This document shows, piece after piece, positions 41,070-53,900 of a DNA stretch of 64,000 nucleotides; within the stretch, counting starts at the first letter, position 1, and every line of letters starts with the position of its first letter. The translations under genes were made by a program, and so were the position numbers. Under the pieces are notes generated by a model that saw nothing but the letters and a program-made list of their open reading frames with translations, had not been told where the DNA came from and ran no database searches. Source of the stretch: Octopus bimaculoides (taxonomy: Eukaryota); the NCBI RefSeq assembly GCF_001194135.2, contig NC_068990.1, positions 67,057,270 through 67,121,269 on the forward strand, read 5' to 3'.

Positions 41070-41961
41070 GGAAAATAAAAGATAATAACAATAAGGCAGA
41101 ATGCTAAACTGAAAGCATATTTTAATATAGATGTGCATAAGGAGGATTAAAAAGGATTTCTAACTGGCTTTCATTGCTTGACAAATTTTCAAGAGGAAAA
41201 AGGAAAATAACGTTTTTTACAAAAATATAAAAAAATATATATAAAAATAAATATACCAATACATTATATTGTCTTTGAGTTTTTAAAGTTCAATGGTAAT
41301 CCATGTAGATAATTGTTAGATAGATTAGGATGCATGGAAGTAAGAATGGTGTTGTGTTTAAAAAAAGGCTGAGAGTTTATGTGTTAAACAAGAAGTGTGG
41401 TGTCAAAACAGGAAGTGTGTGTAAGGGAAGACACTTATGTGGGTATTATACTCTCTTCTCTCACCTACCCATTGAAATACATATAAATTTACTTCTTGTT
41501 TCTCTAAGAACAGACATAAACTTCCTGTTGACAAAGAGTCTAGGACTCCAACTAAAGAGTATAAAACCCACAGAATTGTCTTTCCTTACACACACTTCCT
41601 GTTTCGACACCACACTTCCTGTTTCGACACCACACTTCCTGTTTAACACACAAACTCTCAGCCTTTTTTAAACACAACCCCATTCTTAATTCCATACATC
41701 CTAATCTATCTAACAATTATCTACATGGATTACCATTGAACTTTAAAAATTCAAAGGCAATATAATGTATTGGTATATTTATTTTTTTATATATTTTTTA
41801 TATTTTTGTAAAAAACATTATTTTCATTTTCCCTCTTCTTGAAAATTTTCCATGCAATGAAAGCCGGTTAGAAATCCTTTTTAATCCTCCTTATGCACAT
41901 CTATATTAAAATATGCTTTCAGTTTAGCATTCTGCCTTATTATTATTATCTTTTATTTTCT
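41070..41961. mobile_element. Foldback/long-TIR non-autonomous DNA element
   Basis: Arms ~41070-41450 and ~41556-41961 are reverse complements (roughly 90%); ~105-bp spacer; TA on both flanks; no coding capacity. Confidence 0.85.
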
Positions 41962-42006
41962 TATTATTTCTCCACGTGCGGTTAACACAAGCCCACCATT
42001 TACTGA

Positions 42007-42090
<84 letters not shown>

Positions 42091-42256
42091 CGACAGGATT
42101 CGTTCAGTTTCCATTGGTCAAATCCATGCACAAGGCTTTGATCAGCCGAGAGCTAGTGTAGAGTATGCTAAGCAATTAAATTACAGGAAATCTATTCAAA
42201 GACATACAAAGCTGTTAAATTTACTTGAAATTTAAATTCATTTCATGAAGACACAG

Positions 42257-42640
42257 TCATGGCTGTGTGGTAAGAACCTTGTTTCCCAACCACATGGTTC
42301 TGGGACCAATCTCATGACATGGCACCTTGGGCAAATGTCTTCTACTATAGCCTCAGGCCAACCAAAGCCTTGTGAGTGGATTTGGTAGATGGAAACTGAA
42401 AGAAGCCCATCATGTATATATATATGTATGTGTGTGTGTGCCTTTGTGTCTGTGTTTGTTCTGCCTCCACCATCACTTGACAGCCGATGTTGGTGTATTT
42501 ATATGCTCAAAACTTAGCAGTTCAACAAAATGGACTGATAGATTAAGTACTAGACTTATAAAGAATAAATCCTGGGGTTGATTTCTTCAACTAAAGGCAA
42601 TGCTCCAGCATGGCCACACTCAAATGACTGAAATATGCTA
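42257..42640 (+). mobile_element. SINE type B1, full length
   Basis: gtcatggctgtgtggtaagaac...ggaaactgaaagaagccc-(TA/TG)-...catggccacactcaaatgactgaaa. Confidence 0.85.
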
Positions 42641-42887
42641 AAAATTAAAAGAGGAAGTGTCAATATTTTTGTTACACAACTGTGACCTGGTCACTGACAC
42701 AATTCCTCTGCAGCTGTTTGAAAGTCTGTTTTTAGGCTTTTATTTTCTTGTTTTTCATTTTGTTATCTTCATAAATATACATTGACTTTCACCTCCATCA
42801 CATCAATCCTCTTTAGTCCCTTTGTTATTTTCATTTCTTGTCATCATTACTTTACATCTGATTTCTGTTCATTTTTGTGTTCTCTAA

Positions 42888-43100
42888 GGTGGTGAGCTGG
42901 CAAAATTATTAGCATACTGGGCAAAATGTTTAGCAGCATTTCATCCGACTTTACAGTCTGAGTTCAAATTCCACTTAAGTTGAGTTTGCCTTCCATCCTT
43001 TTGGGGGTTGACGAAATAAACATCAATTGAACACTGGGGTTAATGTAATCAATTTAGCCCCTTCCCTAAAATTGCTGGCCTTGTGCCAAAATTTGAAACC
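42888..43100 (+). mobile_element. SINE type A
   Basis: ggtggtgagctggcaaaatt...ccttgtgccaaaatttgaaacc. Confidence 0.85.
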
Positions 43101-44025
43101 AGTCTTTCTTTTCTCTTATCTATTTAATGTAATTTTTATTTTATATTATTTTTTATATTCCCTGTTTTTGTTCTTTATGTACCAAAAATAATGAATATTA
43201 GAACATTTTTTTTCTGTGGTTTACAAGTCCTAGAAATTTGGTTCCTGCTGTATAATTTAGACCTTACAAAATTTGGAAAATGCTTGAGTTTCTTTTGTTT
43301 ACTTGGCAGTCAACCATCTCCATTACATATGAAAATGTCAGTTCTACTATGCACTAACTGAACCCAGCTGTAAAGACTCAATCTTCAAATGATTGCACAA
43401 TTTCAAGATACAGAAAGAGAATGGACTGTAAGTAAATTTGAACATTCTGATAGTGAAGCTACATTCTGTTCTAGATAGAAAAGCACTGATTCTCTGAGCA
43501 AAGTCTCCAAGACAAAATCAAACAAAACTTAAATACAGAATGATGAAGGTGCAAGAGTTAAAGGTTGTTCCTAAGTATCTTATTGGCTCCTTCTGTAACA
43601 GAAGGACATTCAAGAAGACTTGTTGGAGGCTACTCAAAGACCTACTATAAACTATTTTCTATATAAGCCTAATGATAACAAGCCATTGTATAGCCCTATA
43701 CAATTCTCTTTATGTTCATATGATAGTATATGTACATATGTCTGTAGATACTTTATTCCTCCTTATATAAAATTTGCATCTGTACATGTATATATAACAT
43801 ATATATATAACATATAAATATATAAGTATGTATACATAATATGTAAATGTGTGTGTATAAATATATAAACATATATATGTTTTTCAGAATAAGCTAATTA
43901 TATTTTCCAGAATGTGAATCAATGTCAGAATACTTCCTAAGATTTGAAATTCCATCACGTGAAATAGAAGAAAGCCACCTGTGGGCAAAAATTTTAGGAA
44001 GGTTTCCATCCCTATTGTGAAAAGA

Positions 44026-44088
<63 letters not shown>

Positions 44089-44337
44089 TGATTTATTATT
44101 TTTTTTAAAACTTGTTATCTTTAATTACGGATATTCCCCTTCCTCAATATAATGGTGGGTGGGGAGGACAACATGGAATATAATGTTATTATATTCACAT
44201 ACGGAAGTGATGCAAAATAATAATAATGATAATAAAAATAAAAACAATATTATTGATATGGCTGCTATTGTGTCAAAGAATGCAGGTACGTCTACCTCTA
44301 ATTATAACAGTAATAATAATAATGTCTTATATAAGTA

Positions 44338-44377
<40 letters not shown>

Positions 44378-44387
44378 ATAATAATAA

Positions 44388-44598
44388 TGGTTTTAAATTT
44401 CGCCACAAGGGCAATCATTTTGGAGGAGGGGATGAGTCAATTACATCGGCCTCAGTGTTTCACTGGTACTTAATTTATTGACTCTGAAAGGATGAAAGGC
44501 AAATTCGACCATGGCAGAATTTCAACTCAGAATGTAGTACCAAACAAAATACCACTAAGGATTTCCCCCCAGTGTGCTAACAATTCTGCCAGCTCACT
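44388..44598 (-). mobile_element. SINE type A
   Basis: Reverse complement of 42888-43100; tail in an (ACT)n(AAT)n tract. Confidence 0.85.
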
Positions 44599-44599
44599 A

Positions 44600-44990
44600 A
44601 GAAAAAAAATGCTTTCTAATTGATGTATCAATACCAGAAGATGACAACGTTTCCCTAAAAGAAATGGAAAAACTTTCAAAATACAAAGACCTGGAAATAA
44701 AGGTAACTCGAATGTGGAATCTAAAAACAGAAACAATTCCTATCATAGTAGCTGCCTTAGGTATAATAAAAAAATATTCAGACAAATACACAACAAAAAC
44801 ACCAGGACTTACAAATATATATAACATACAGAAAATTGCACTACTGGGCACTGCACACATCCTACGCAAAACACTTTCAATACAGTAACCATAAGAGCAT
44901 CACAGCAAACCACAGCACATACCCAAGGCACACAGAGCTGCGCTCGGTAGTGAAGTGAAAGCACGTTATAAAAGTAAAACTACTGAACAA
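44600..44990 (+). mobile_element. R4/Dong-like LINE 3' fragment (RLE endonuclease C-terminus, 3' UTR, (AAT)n tail)
   Basis: CFLIDVSIPEDDNVSLKEMEKLSKYKDLEIKVTRMWNLKTETIPIIVAALG...QKIALLGTAHILRKTLSIQ* (ORF 44664-44888) carries the D..E-K.Y..L RLE signature. Confidence 0.85.
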
Positions 44991-45011
44991 CAATAATAAT
45001 AATAATAATAA

Positions 45012-45226
45012 TGGTTTCAAATTTTGACATAAGGCCAGCAATTCTAGGAGAGGGGCCTAGTCCATTATATCGACCTCACTGCTCAGCTGGTACTTATTTT
45101 GTTGACCCTGAAAGAATAGAAGGTAAAGTTGACCCTGGTGGAATTTGAACTCAGAATGAAGTGATGAGTGAAATGCCACTAAGCAATTTTCCCCATGTGC
45201 TAATGATTCTGCCAGCTCACTGCCTT
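45012..45226 (-). mobile_element. SINE type A flanked by (AAT)n on both sides
   Basis: aataat|ggtttcaaatttt...ccagctcactgcctt|aataat. Confidence 0.85.
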
Positions 45227-45248
45227 AATAATAATAATAATAATAATA

Positions 45249-45292
<44 letters not shown>

Positions 45293-45478
45293 AATAATAA
45301 TAGTGATAGAATATTACATCTGAACTGAACCTAGCAGATTTAGCTATAATAATAATATTGATATTTTTACACAAGCATGGAAACCTAGAAAATAGTGCTT
45401 GAAAGCTGATAATCACAATGATTATAATGAGGTCAATAATGATAATGATGAAAAGGCTGCTGCTGCTACTGTTGAGAT

Positions 45479-45510
<32 letters not shown>

Positions 45511-45618
45511 TATCTATTTCTACACCAACATGAAAACCTTAGAAATAGTATTGGTGACCAGATAATAATTGTAATGACAATGTTGAAGACGATAATGAAA
45601 TTGAAGCTGCTGTGAGCT

Positions 45619-45661
<43 letters not shown>

Positions 45662-45839
45662 GCAGATGATGATGATACCAAGTGGTTTCTTTTATGTGAT
45701 ATATCTTGGGAAGAGTGTGAACATTTCATTAAGATGATTCAGATTAGTATAAAGATCAAATATAACATTTTTGCATTATTGATATGCCACACTGCTACAA
45801 TATCATATCAAAGTAACATGGCCATCTCTTTCACTCACT

Positions 45840-45893
<54 letters not shown>

Positions 45894-46164
45894 TACACCT
45901 GTTTACCTTTTTTTGTTATCCTTTCTTCTTTCCTTTTAGACAACACCGTACAGAAAAGGATAGAAAACAGAAGAGGAAAGAAAGGGAAGTTAACGGAAAG
46001 GAAAAATGAAAAGCAAAAAATGAGAGGTGTGGCAGGGAGAATGTAAATAATTAAATAAGTATATGAATAAGATAAAAATGAGAGATTGGAATTCGTCTTG
46101 TCGGTACTTATCTTTAATTCATCAGAAACTAGAGATGATACATTTGATGGCAAGTACAAACCTG

Positions 46165-46201
<37 letters not shown>

Positions 46202-46289
46202 GTTATTGCAAATGTATCACAAATATAACCAATATCTTCTTTTAGTTTTCCTGAGGGCATTTAACCGGAGACTAGATAATTTCTGGAAA

Positions 46290-46700
46290 TTTGACTGGTA
46301 AGAATTTCTGGAAATTATTCCGTATCCACGTAAATATTGCTGGTTAGACATTAACTCTACCGGCATGTAAGTGCTATCAATCAGAGTAGATGGATTTGTG
46401 TACAGACTAATATAAACCATTCTGCATGCAGTCTTTCTCTGTCTGAACATTAATGATTTGTGGGGTGATATCAAAGAGCTGCTATGGCATGTAAGAGGGA
46501 ACTGGTAATTGGTCAAGTCCATGCTGAAAATTGCTTCACTGCATTACTTTGGTCAGAAAAGACAAGAAGGTTTTCTTCCTGAAGTGTTTGGTAGGTATCA
46601 AGAAAGAAGTTGCATGGTGAACACAGTTGAAATGACTAAAAACAGACACATCTTTGGTGAAATCCTTTATCATTATTTTAGCTCCCCTTGAAGAGAGTGG
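46290..46700 (+). mobile_element. Possible RTE-type LINE C-terminal relic
   Basis: LHYFGQKRQEGFLPEVFG resembles the RTE L.YFGH..R motif. Confidence 0.3.
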
Positions 46701-47099
46701 AAATGGTGGTACTGCCTTCCAATAAATTTGTTAAAATGTGGGTGAAAGTGTTAAGCATTAATGGGTTTACTTTCAAAATGTATCAGTAGGCCTAGGAGAA
46801 ACAGCTATGAGAGGGCACTTACCCCCAGGGAGTTAAGACCAATCTTGGATGTGTGGGACAGCTTGTTGACTGCTCCCACAACATGGGTGACAGTCATCCT
46901 TTAGGGGCTTTATCATATATGTTTACAGTGTGTATACTACTAACTGGCATTACAATAGATTTCTGTGACCCTCAATTATTGTGACATCTCCCTGCAGCAC
47001 ACATCTGGTATACCAGAGTATGCTTCTTCTTTTTCGTCGTTGTCATCGTCGTCGTCATCATCATCATTATCCTTGTGATTAGGATAATAAGGATGATTT

Positions 47100-47235
47100 C
47101 TGGTTTCAGGCTCAATGCTAGCAATTTGAAGGAGGTGTGGATAAATTAATACTCCTAATCCAAGTATTTGACTGGTACCTTATTCTATTGACTCCAAAAG
47201 AATGAAAGGCAAATTGAACTGTAAAAGTGGAGATT
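47100..47235 (-). mobile_element. SINE type A, partial
   Basis: gactggtaccttattctattgactccaaaagaatgaaaggcaaa matches 44460-44505. Confidence 0.6.
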
Positions 47236-47254
47236 TGGGATAAATTCTGCGAAG

Positions 47255-47700
47255 CATTTCCTTCTGTCTATTGATTGACAAGCTAAGAATAAATAAAGAT
47301 TCACACATTGAAATTGAAACAATGTGGCATTTCAAGGCAGTTACAATTCTAGTAATTGTAGGAGCTCTAAGAATGATTAAAAAAGGAACTAAGAATTATT
47401 TGAGAATGATCCCTGGCTTACCATCTGTGCAAGAAAGGCAAAAGATTGTTTTATTTGGTACAGTGTATGTATTGAGAAGAATATTGTTGCTGTGAGATCA
47501 ATAACCTTCCATGTAAATGTTTATATTTTTTTACAGAACTTTATTTGGTTTTTGTGAATAAACAATCTGGTGTGCTTATTTTAATGGCCTATGAATGTAT
47601 ACAGTAATTTTCTTTGCTTTTGGTGTTGGGAAGACACTCAGCAAGAAATGGAAACAAAATTGAAGGAAGAACAAAGACTCAATAATAATAATAATAATAA
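47255..47700 (+). mobile_element. R4/Dong-like LINE 3' fragment, second subfamily
   Basis: IEIETMWHFKAVTILVIVGALRMIKKGTKNYLRMIPGLPSVQERQKIVLFGTVYVLRRIL*; different 3' UTR; (AAT)n tail at ~47680. Confidence 0.75.
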
Positions 47701-47789
47701 TAATAATGATATGAGCAAGTTAGATAGTTGGAGAAGCAATGAACTGCAGAATTAAAGATCAACTGGAAAGAAAATACAAAATATGTAGA

Positions 47790-48340
47790 AAAGAAATCGA
47801 AGTTGCTATTGAAGAGGTCAGATAAAGAATCATTGCAGAATCAGAAAGCTAGCAAAATGTGACAGACATACAGAACAATTTGTACAGGACAGGATGTTCC
47901 AGTATGAGTCTCAGAGACGTGATAATTTTGCAAAGGTCATCCACTGGGAAATGTGTAAGAAGTATGGACTTCCATCAGGACGTCAGAGGTATGAACAGGC
48001 ATCTGAAAACGTGGCTGAGAATGATGAGGTCAAACCTCTTTGAGACTTTCTTAGCCAAATGGATCATGTCTTAGAGCATAACAAATCAGATATATTTTGG
48101 TGTTTGAAAAGAGGGTCTTGTTACATAACTGATGTGGCCTGTCCATTTGACAGAAGGATAAAAGAAACATTAAATCAATATGGTAGATATATACCAAGAC
48201 CTGAAGAAAGAGATAGCAAATTATGGGGTTGCAGAAAAAAATAGAAACCATGCAACTGGTCTGCTTGTTAGGAAGAGCAAATGATCGTTTGAAAGTTGTT
48301 GAGTGGCTGAGGTTACAGGGGTGACATGCAGTCAAAGAAT
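47790..48340 (+). mobile_element. R4/Dong-like LINE relic (upstream RLE region)
   Basis: SDIFWCLKRGSCYITDVACPFDRRIKE...SKLWG, matching PDI..C.I.DVA.P.D.RI; frameshifted. Confidence 0.6.
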
Positions 48341-50309
48341 AAATCCAAGTAAATCCCATCATATAGATGAGATGCAAAAAATTTATAAATAAATAAATAA
48401 CAACAAATGCCCTAATGTAATAGCAGGCACTGACTCTCAAGGCTTCGGGTTTTAAATGATTGCAATTATTATTGTGTATATTTTGTCTTGATGGGCTACA
48501 GAAAATATTCTACTCAACACAGCATATTTGCTTGTCAGTTGCTTGACCTTAACTAGTTGAGTATGTCCCTTAGTTGCTGGTATGTGCATCTCTGATCATG
48601 AGCAAGGGTAGTGGGAGAGCATCATAGCCATGTGTTGAGAATGATTCACCCTGGAAAGATAGGTGATTTGTTCATCACCCTTAAACAACCCTTATTCAGG
48701 GTCCTTTTGAGTGGGATGGGCTACTGAAGAAAATTCTAACTGGGACCTATCCGCAAGGGGCATGCACTATTTATCTTGATATGAGGTCTCTCTGTCATGT
48801 ACATATGGTTGTGATGCATGTGTCTTGTGTGCCTTTATCAGATAGGAAGTTATGATGAGTATATTGGGCTTTGTATATATATGTACTCTAGTGTCATTTT
48901 GACTGCATCCACTATTCTTAGTAATAATTATGATGGACTCTCTCCTACTGAAGACGATGCATGTGTATGCAGCTTTTTCCAAATGACCTGTAGAAATATT
49001 TTGTTTATAGTGATCAAATGTATGTGCCATACATTACCTCCCTCCCTCCATCAAATCAACATTCCCCAAACAGGTGTATGGTGGACCATGCGTCAGGTGT
49101 TGAAGTGATCACAAAGCAATATGAGGTGAAGTGTTTTGCTCAAGAACACAATGCACCACCCAATCTAGGAATTGAAGCCACGGTCTTGTGATCATGAGTG
49201 CAACACCCTAACCAGTAAGTCATGTACCTTAACTATTATTGCACAACAACAACAGTGGTGATGATGACGATGACAGCAACAACAACAATAGGTTGAGACC
49301 ACAAAATTCTGGGTTGACTTTCAGTAGGTTTCACTCTGTCTAATTGAGCTGGGAAGCTCCTTAGGCTTGTTTTGTTGCTCCATCTCCAAGAGATGATGTT
49401 ATGATAAAAAACACCTTTGTATGTATTACCTTATCACCACAGCAAGTGCAATGGCAGATAAAAATCAATATCACACCCAACCAAAACTTTGTGAATAGAC
49501 TTATTAGGCAGAAACTATAAGAAACTCATTGTATATATGTGTGTGTGTGTGCGTATGTGTGCATTTGTGAGTGTGTGTGTATTCTACTGCCACTTTGCCT
49601 TAACTTCATGTGGTGATGGTAATCAAGTGTCACTGCCATGCAAGTAGTGTCTTCCATTTCTAATCTTTTATGAAAATATGTCTGGTCGTGGGGGATATAT
49701 AACATTACTTGGAAGTAAATCAGGCTTGGTAACAAGAAGGACATCTGGCAATAGAAAATCTACTTTAACAAATTCTCTCCGACCCATGCAAGCATGGAAA
49801 GTGGACTTTAAATGATAATATCGATGATCAAGTGAATATAAATATCACAGAAGTGAAGAACCATAGATACTTAGAAAGATACCAAACTAGAAAGCTCTAA
49901 GACGTAATGGTGCACATTTTATAAACAAGATCACTTGTGAAAATACTTATAAAACCAAGACAGCTGAGCATCCAAGACTTTCAGAAACCATTTTCACGCT
50001 CAGAATTATCAAAACATAGAGTGAACTAACAACATCCATTGTTAACTGTAGAAACATACATTCTTCAAACATTTCATGATTCCTGACATTTGCTGATACT
50101 ACTCTGATGTGTCTATAAGCCTTTATTCTTTAAGATGCTTTTAATATCCTCATTTATCTCCCTATTTTTGTGTTTCATTCTGTGTGCTGTGTATGTATTA
50201 ACTTTCATTGCTGTCTTTCTTTATTTTACTTATATACCTGCCCCTTGTTCACTCCCTTAATTATTTCCAACAAGTTGCAGTGCACATAAAATTTGTATAC
50301 AATAAGTTC

Positions 50310-50600
50310 ACTGAGAGAAAAGTTAGGTATAAGAGGAATTAAATGTAGTGTGCAAGAAAGAAAACTGTGCTGGATCAGTCATGCGATGCATATGGACAAA
50401 GACAGTTGTGTAAAGAAGTGCTGATCACTTAAAGTGGATGGATCTTGTGAAAGGAAGTAAATCAGAAAGACATGGGATGAAGTATTAGGGTCAATCTCAA
50501 GATGCTGAGCCTTAAGGAGGCGATGACAAAAGACTGAGATATCTGGGACTTTGCTGTGCTTGAGAAAACCCATGCATCACAACAGAATTGATATCTTAAA
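50310..50600 (+). mobile_element. RTE LINE 3' ORF relic
   Basis: SSLREKLGIRGIKCSVQERKLCWISHAMHMDKDSCVKKC*SLKVDG..RKTWDEV. Confidence 0.7.
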
Positions 50601-51214
50601 ACCACCTTGGTAAAAGCTTGAATGTGCAAATCCCTGCCCCACCTCCATTCTTACTGCCCTGTGATGTTCTCCCACATCTAATTCTCTACACTCATCACTT
50701 CATTATCTCTGATATCATTGAGCTATGATAATCACCTGAAAACGGAACAGGCACATACTATGCACACCCCATACATGTATTACCTTCCCCTTTTCTCACC
50801 CTCTCCAGAACCATTTCCATTCCTCATTACCTATCTTCCGCCTTGCTCTCACCCCTCTGCTACACCATCTTTAGAACTGCATCCATTCTTCATCTTCCTC
50901 CAATCATGCCCTTCTCCTCTCAGCTATGCTCCATCATTAAGATCGCTTTCATCCCTTATATCTCCTAATGCTCTCACATATCTAACATAACCACTCCTCT
51001 TGAGCCACTCCTATATCTATTACTCTCTATAAGTCTCCTCCTCCCTTCTCCTCTGCCTGGGATAACATCGAATCACTTCTACAGCAAGATACCTATCTCT
51101 AACCCCTATTATTCCTCTAACTTCTAATCAACTGGCATAAAGCCAATAAAGCCATCTCATTCAATACTGCTCCCCTTGAGTAAAGGGGCTTTGTCTTGTC
51201 TCACAAGTTACTTG

Positions 51215-51400
51215 GAGATCCTGCCAGTGCTGATGCCATGAAAAAAAGCACCCAGTACACTCTGTAAAATGGTTGGTATTAGGAAAGACATCCAACCATA
51301 GAAACCATACTAAAACAGAAAACAAGCATAGTCCTCTGACTTGCCAGCTCTTGACAAACCATCCAACCCATGCCAGCAGGACGAACAGACATTAAATGAC
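51215..51400 (+). mobile_element. SINE/RTE C-tail module
   Basis: aaagcacccagtacactctg...ccaacccatgccagcagg; homolog of 76-268. Confidence 0.7.
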
Positions 51401-51409
51401 TATTATTTT

Positions 51410-51788
51410 CATGTTCTGAGTTCAAATTCTGCTGAAGTAAACTTTGCCTTTCATCCTTTCGGAGTCGATGAAATAAGTACCTGTTACACTCTGGGTTCAA
51501 TGTAATCAACTAGCCCCACCCTCTAAATTTCAGGCCTTGTGCCTTTAGTAGAAAGCATCATTATTATTAAGGCAGTGAGCTGGCAGAATTATTAGTACGC
51601 TGGATGAACTGCTTAGCAGTATTTTGCCTGTTGCTATGTTCTAAGTTCAAATTCTGCCGAGGCTGACTTTGCCTTTCATCTCTTCGGGGTCAATAAATTA
51701 AGTACCAGTGAAACACTGAGGTCAATGCAATCCCAAATTTTCGATGAGATCCCTAAAATTTCAGGCCTTGTGCCTATGGTAGAAAGGA
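51410..51788 (+). mobile_element. Two tandem SINE type A copies (5'-truncated 51410-51556; full 51571-51788)
   Basis: The second copy starts in the ATT tail of the first. Confidence 0.8.
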
Positions 51789-52267
51789 TTATTATTATAT
51801 ACAATTGTTTCTTATAACATATAAGTGTGTAACTAAATACCACAAAGAATTTTAAGTGCTTTCCATCTGTGTCTGCTCTTTTATTGTCCTTTCTCCTCCC
51901 CACTCCCTTCAAAAACAAAAAAATAATGATGATTATAACAATAAAGTTGATGATGATGATGCTAATGGTGATGTTTACGATTTTTTTTCCATAACACAAC
52001 TGTAAAGCACTTAGTTTTGCTATAACATGTGTATACTCTCTATTATTTGAATAAAAGAAGAGACCACACAATCTGTGCACAGAAATTTAATGCCATCAGC
52101 TAATTAGTCCATCAAATTATAAACTAAAGTTTAATTACTTCCTTTCGTCCCTCCTTCCCTCCCTCCTTTGTCTCCTCCCTTTTTTTTTTTCCTTCTCTCT
52201 GTATAGTTTGCTCTCGCTCTCTCTCTCTCTCTTCAATCTAGCAACCATCTGTCCTTCTTCTCAACAG

Positions 52268-52394
52268 CAATTTTCTAATGATACCCCCCCCCTCCCACAC
52301 TGCTCTACTCTCCTCCACACTTTCACCATGCCACCCACCAGTAGGAGAAAAAAGGTCTGGAGGAAAGATTTTTGTCAATTCCCTTGATGGCAAG
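52268..52394 (+). CDS. Weak candidate exon (xNFLMIPPPSHTALLSSTLSPCHPPVGEKRSGGKIFVNSLDGK)
   Basis: ctgtccttcttctcaacag acceptor, aag|gtaaaa donor, one open frame; phase not linked to the 54492 exon. Confidence 0.25.
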
Positions 52395-52924
52395 GTAAAA
52401 ATCAGATTTTATAAGATTAATTAAGAACAGAACACCTAATTACTATAACATGTTAAGAAGTGTAGAAGAGAAGGACGAAAAGAAGGAAGAACTAGAGCAG
52501 CAAGAAGAAAACCAACAAATAGAAATAAAAGAAATGAAAATCCATGACAGTCTACTGCATAATAATACCAAATCTATCATTGTTTTATTGATTCTTGATA
52601 ATCTCTCTTGTATTTCATGCCACAAATTCACTTTTTCAATTAGTTTCAGTATAAATTGATTTTGATAAGTTTGTCTCTGAAGGAGATGCTCTGTAGCTCT
52701 TTAAGGCAACTGAGGAAGAAAGAGGAGGAGGTAGAGGAGAAAGGGGGAGGAGGAGGAGGTGTCCAAAATGACCAGGTGTAAAGCAGTTGTCCTCTCTCTC
52801 TCTCTCTCTCTCATTTAACAAGAGTTGGGTAAGCTAAGGACACACATTCACTGGTAGCATGAGGAGTCCTGACACAGCTAATGAATTAATGCCGAAGGAA
52901 TATATCTGCTATAAGGTAGATAAG

Positions 52925-52987
<63 letters not shown>

Positions 52988-53373
52988 GTTGGATGATTTT
53001 GTGACAAAGTACGGAGCGAAGTACAAGATTGAGACAAGTAATTCTGGTGGTCTGTACTATAGTTATTTACATTTCTCCTCACATGAGAATGAGTAGGTAG
53101 GAGTAAAGAATATAATAATGAAAAAACAGAAAGAAAGCAAGCAAGAAAGAAGACTGAGCTGCACTGGTCATACAGTATGTGGAATATTTCAGTGGAAGAT
53201 TGAGATATTGGTGGCTGTAGGGGAGAATAGTTGGCTGTACTGGGAATTAGAACCATTCATAAATAACATACATAGGTATATACAGATAACCTCTCTCTCT
53301 TTCACTATATATGTGTGTGTGTATATATATGTATTAACAGTCATTTGTTGTATTTCTGCTGCTTTTAAATAAA

Positions 53374-53418
<45 letters not shown>

Positions 53419-53424
53419 CATGTA

Positions 53425-53625
53425 TTTATCTTTTATCTTTTACTTGTTTCAGTCATTAGAGTATAGCCATGCTAGGGCACTGCCTTGAAGAATTTTTAGT
53501 CTAATGAATTGACCCTAGTACTTAGTATTTTTTGCTATTTTGCTAAGCCTGGTACTTATTCTATTAGTTTCTTTTACCGAACTGCTAAGTTACGGGGATA
53601 TAAACACACCAACACTGGTTGTCAA
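53425..53625 (-). mobile_element. SINE type B1 tail module
   Basis: Homologous to 33437-33640. Confidence 0.75.
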
Positions 53626-53900
53626 GTGCTCCAATGGATATGCAACATTAGTGTGCATGCAGAACAAAGCGTGAATGTGTTGAGAGAAAAATTAAGCATA
53701 AAAGTAATCAAATGTAGTGTGAAGGAGAGAAAACTCTTCTGCTATGGACATGTGAGTATGGATGAGGACAGATGCATAAAGATGGAGCTTGTGGAAGAGG
53801 GAGACTCACAAAGGCTGATCTCAATGGTTGAGCCACATGGTGGCAATGACTAAGGACTGAGATGATTGGTTTCTGCATAGTGCTTGAGATGACCTGTCCA
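53625..53900 (+). mobile_element. RTE LINE 3' ORF relic
   Basis: SVHAEQSVNVLREKLSIKVIKCSVKERKLFCYGHVSMDEDRCIK (within ORF 53509-53853); same family as 50310. Confidence 0.75.

Noticed and set aside
41591-41650. Three regularly spaced 20-bp repeats
   Set aside because: Directly tandem with no spacers and in eukaryotic DNA; not a CRISPR array.
53197-53277. Phase 0 to 2 segment WKIEILVAVGENSWLYWELEPFINNIH that would link the + strand exons
   Set aside because: Lies in a purine-skewed tract that looks like the antisense of a LINE relic, and the acceptor has a poor pyrimidine tract.
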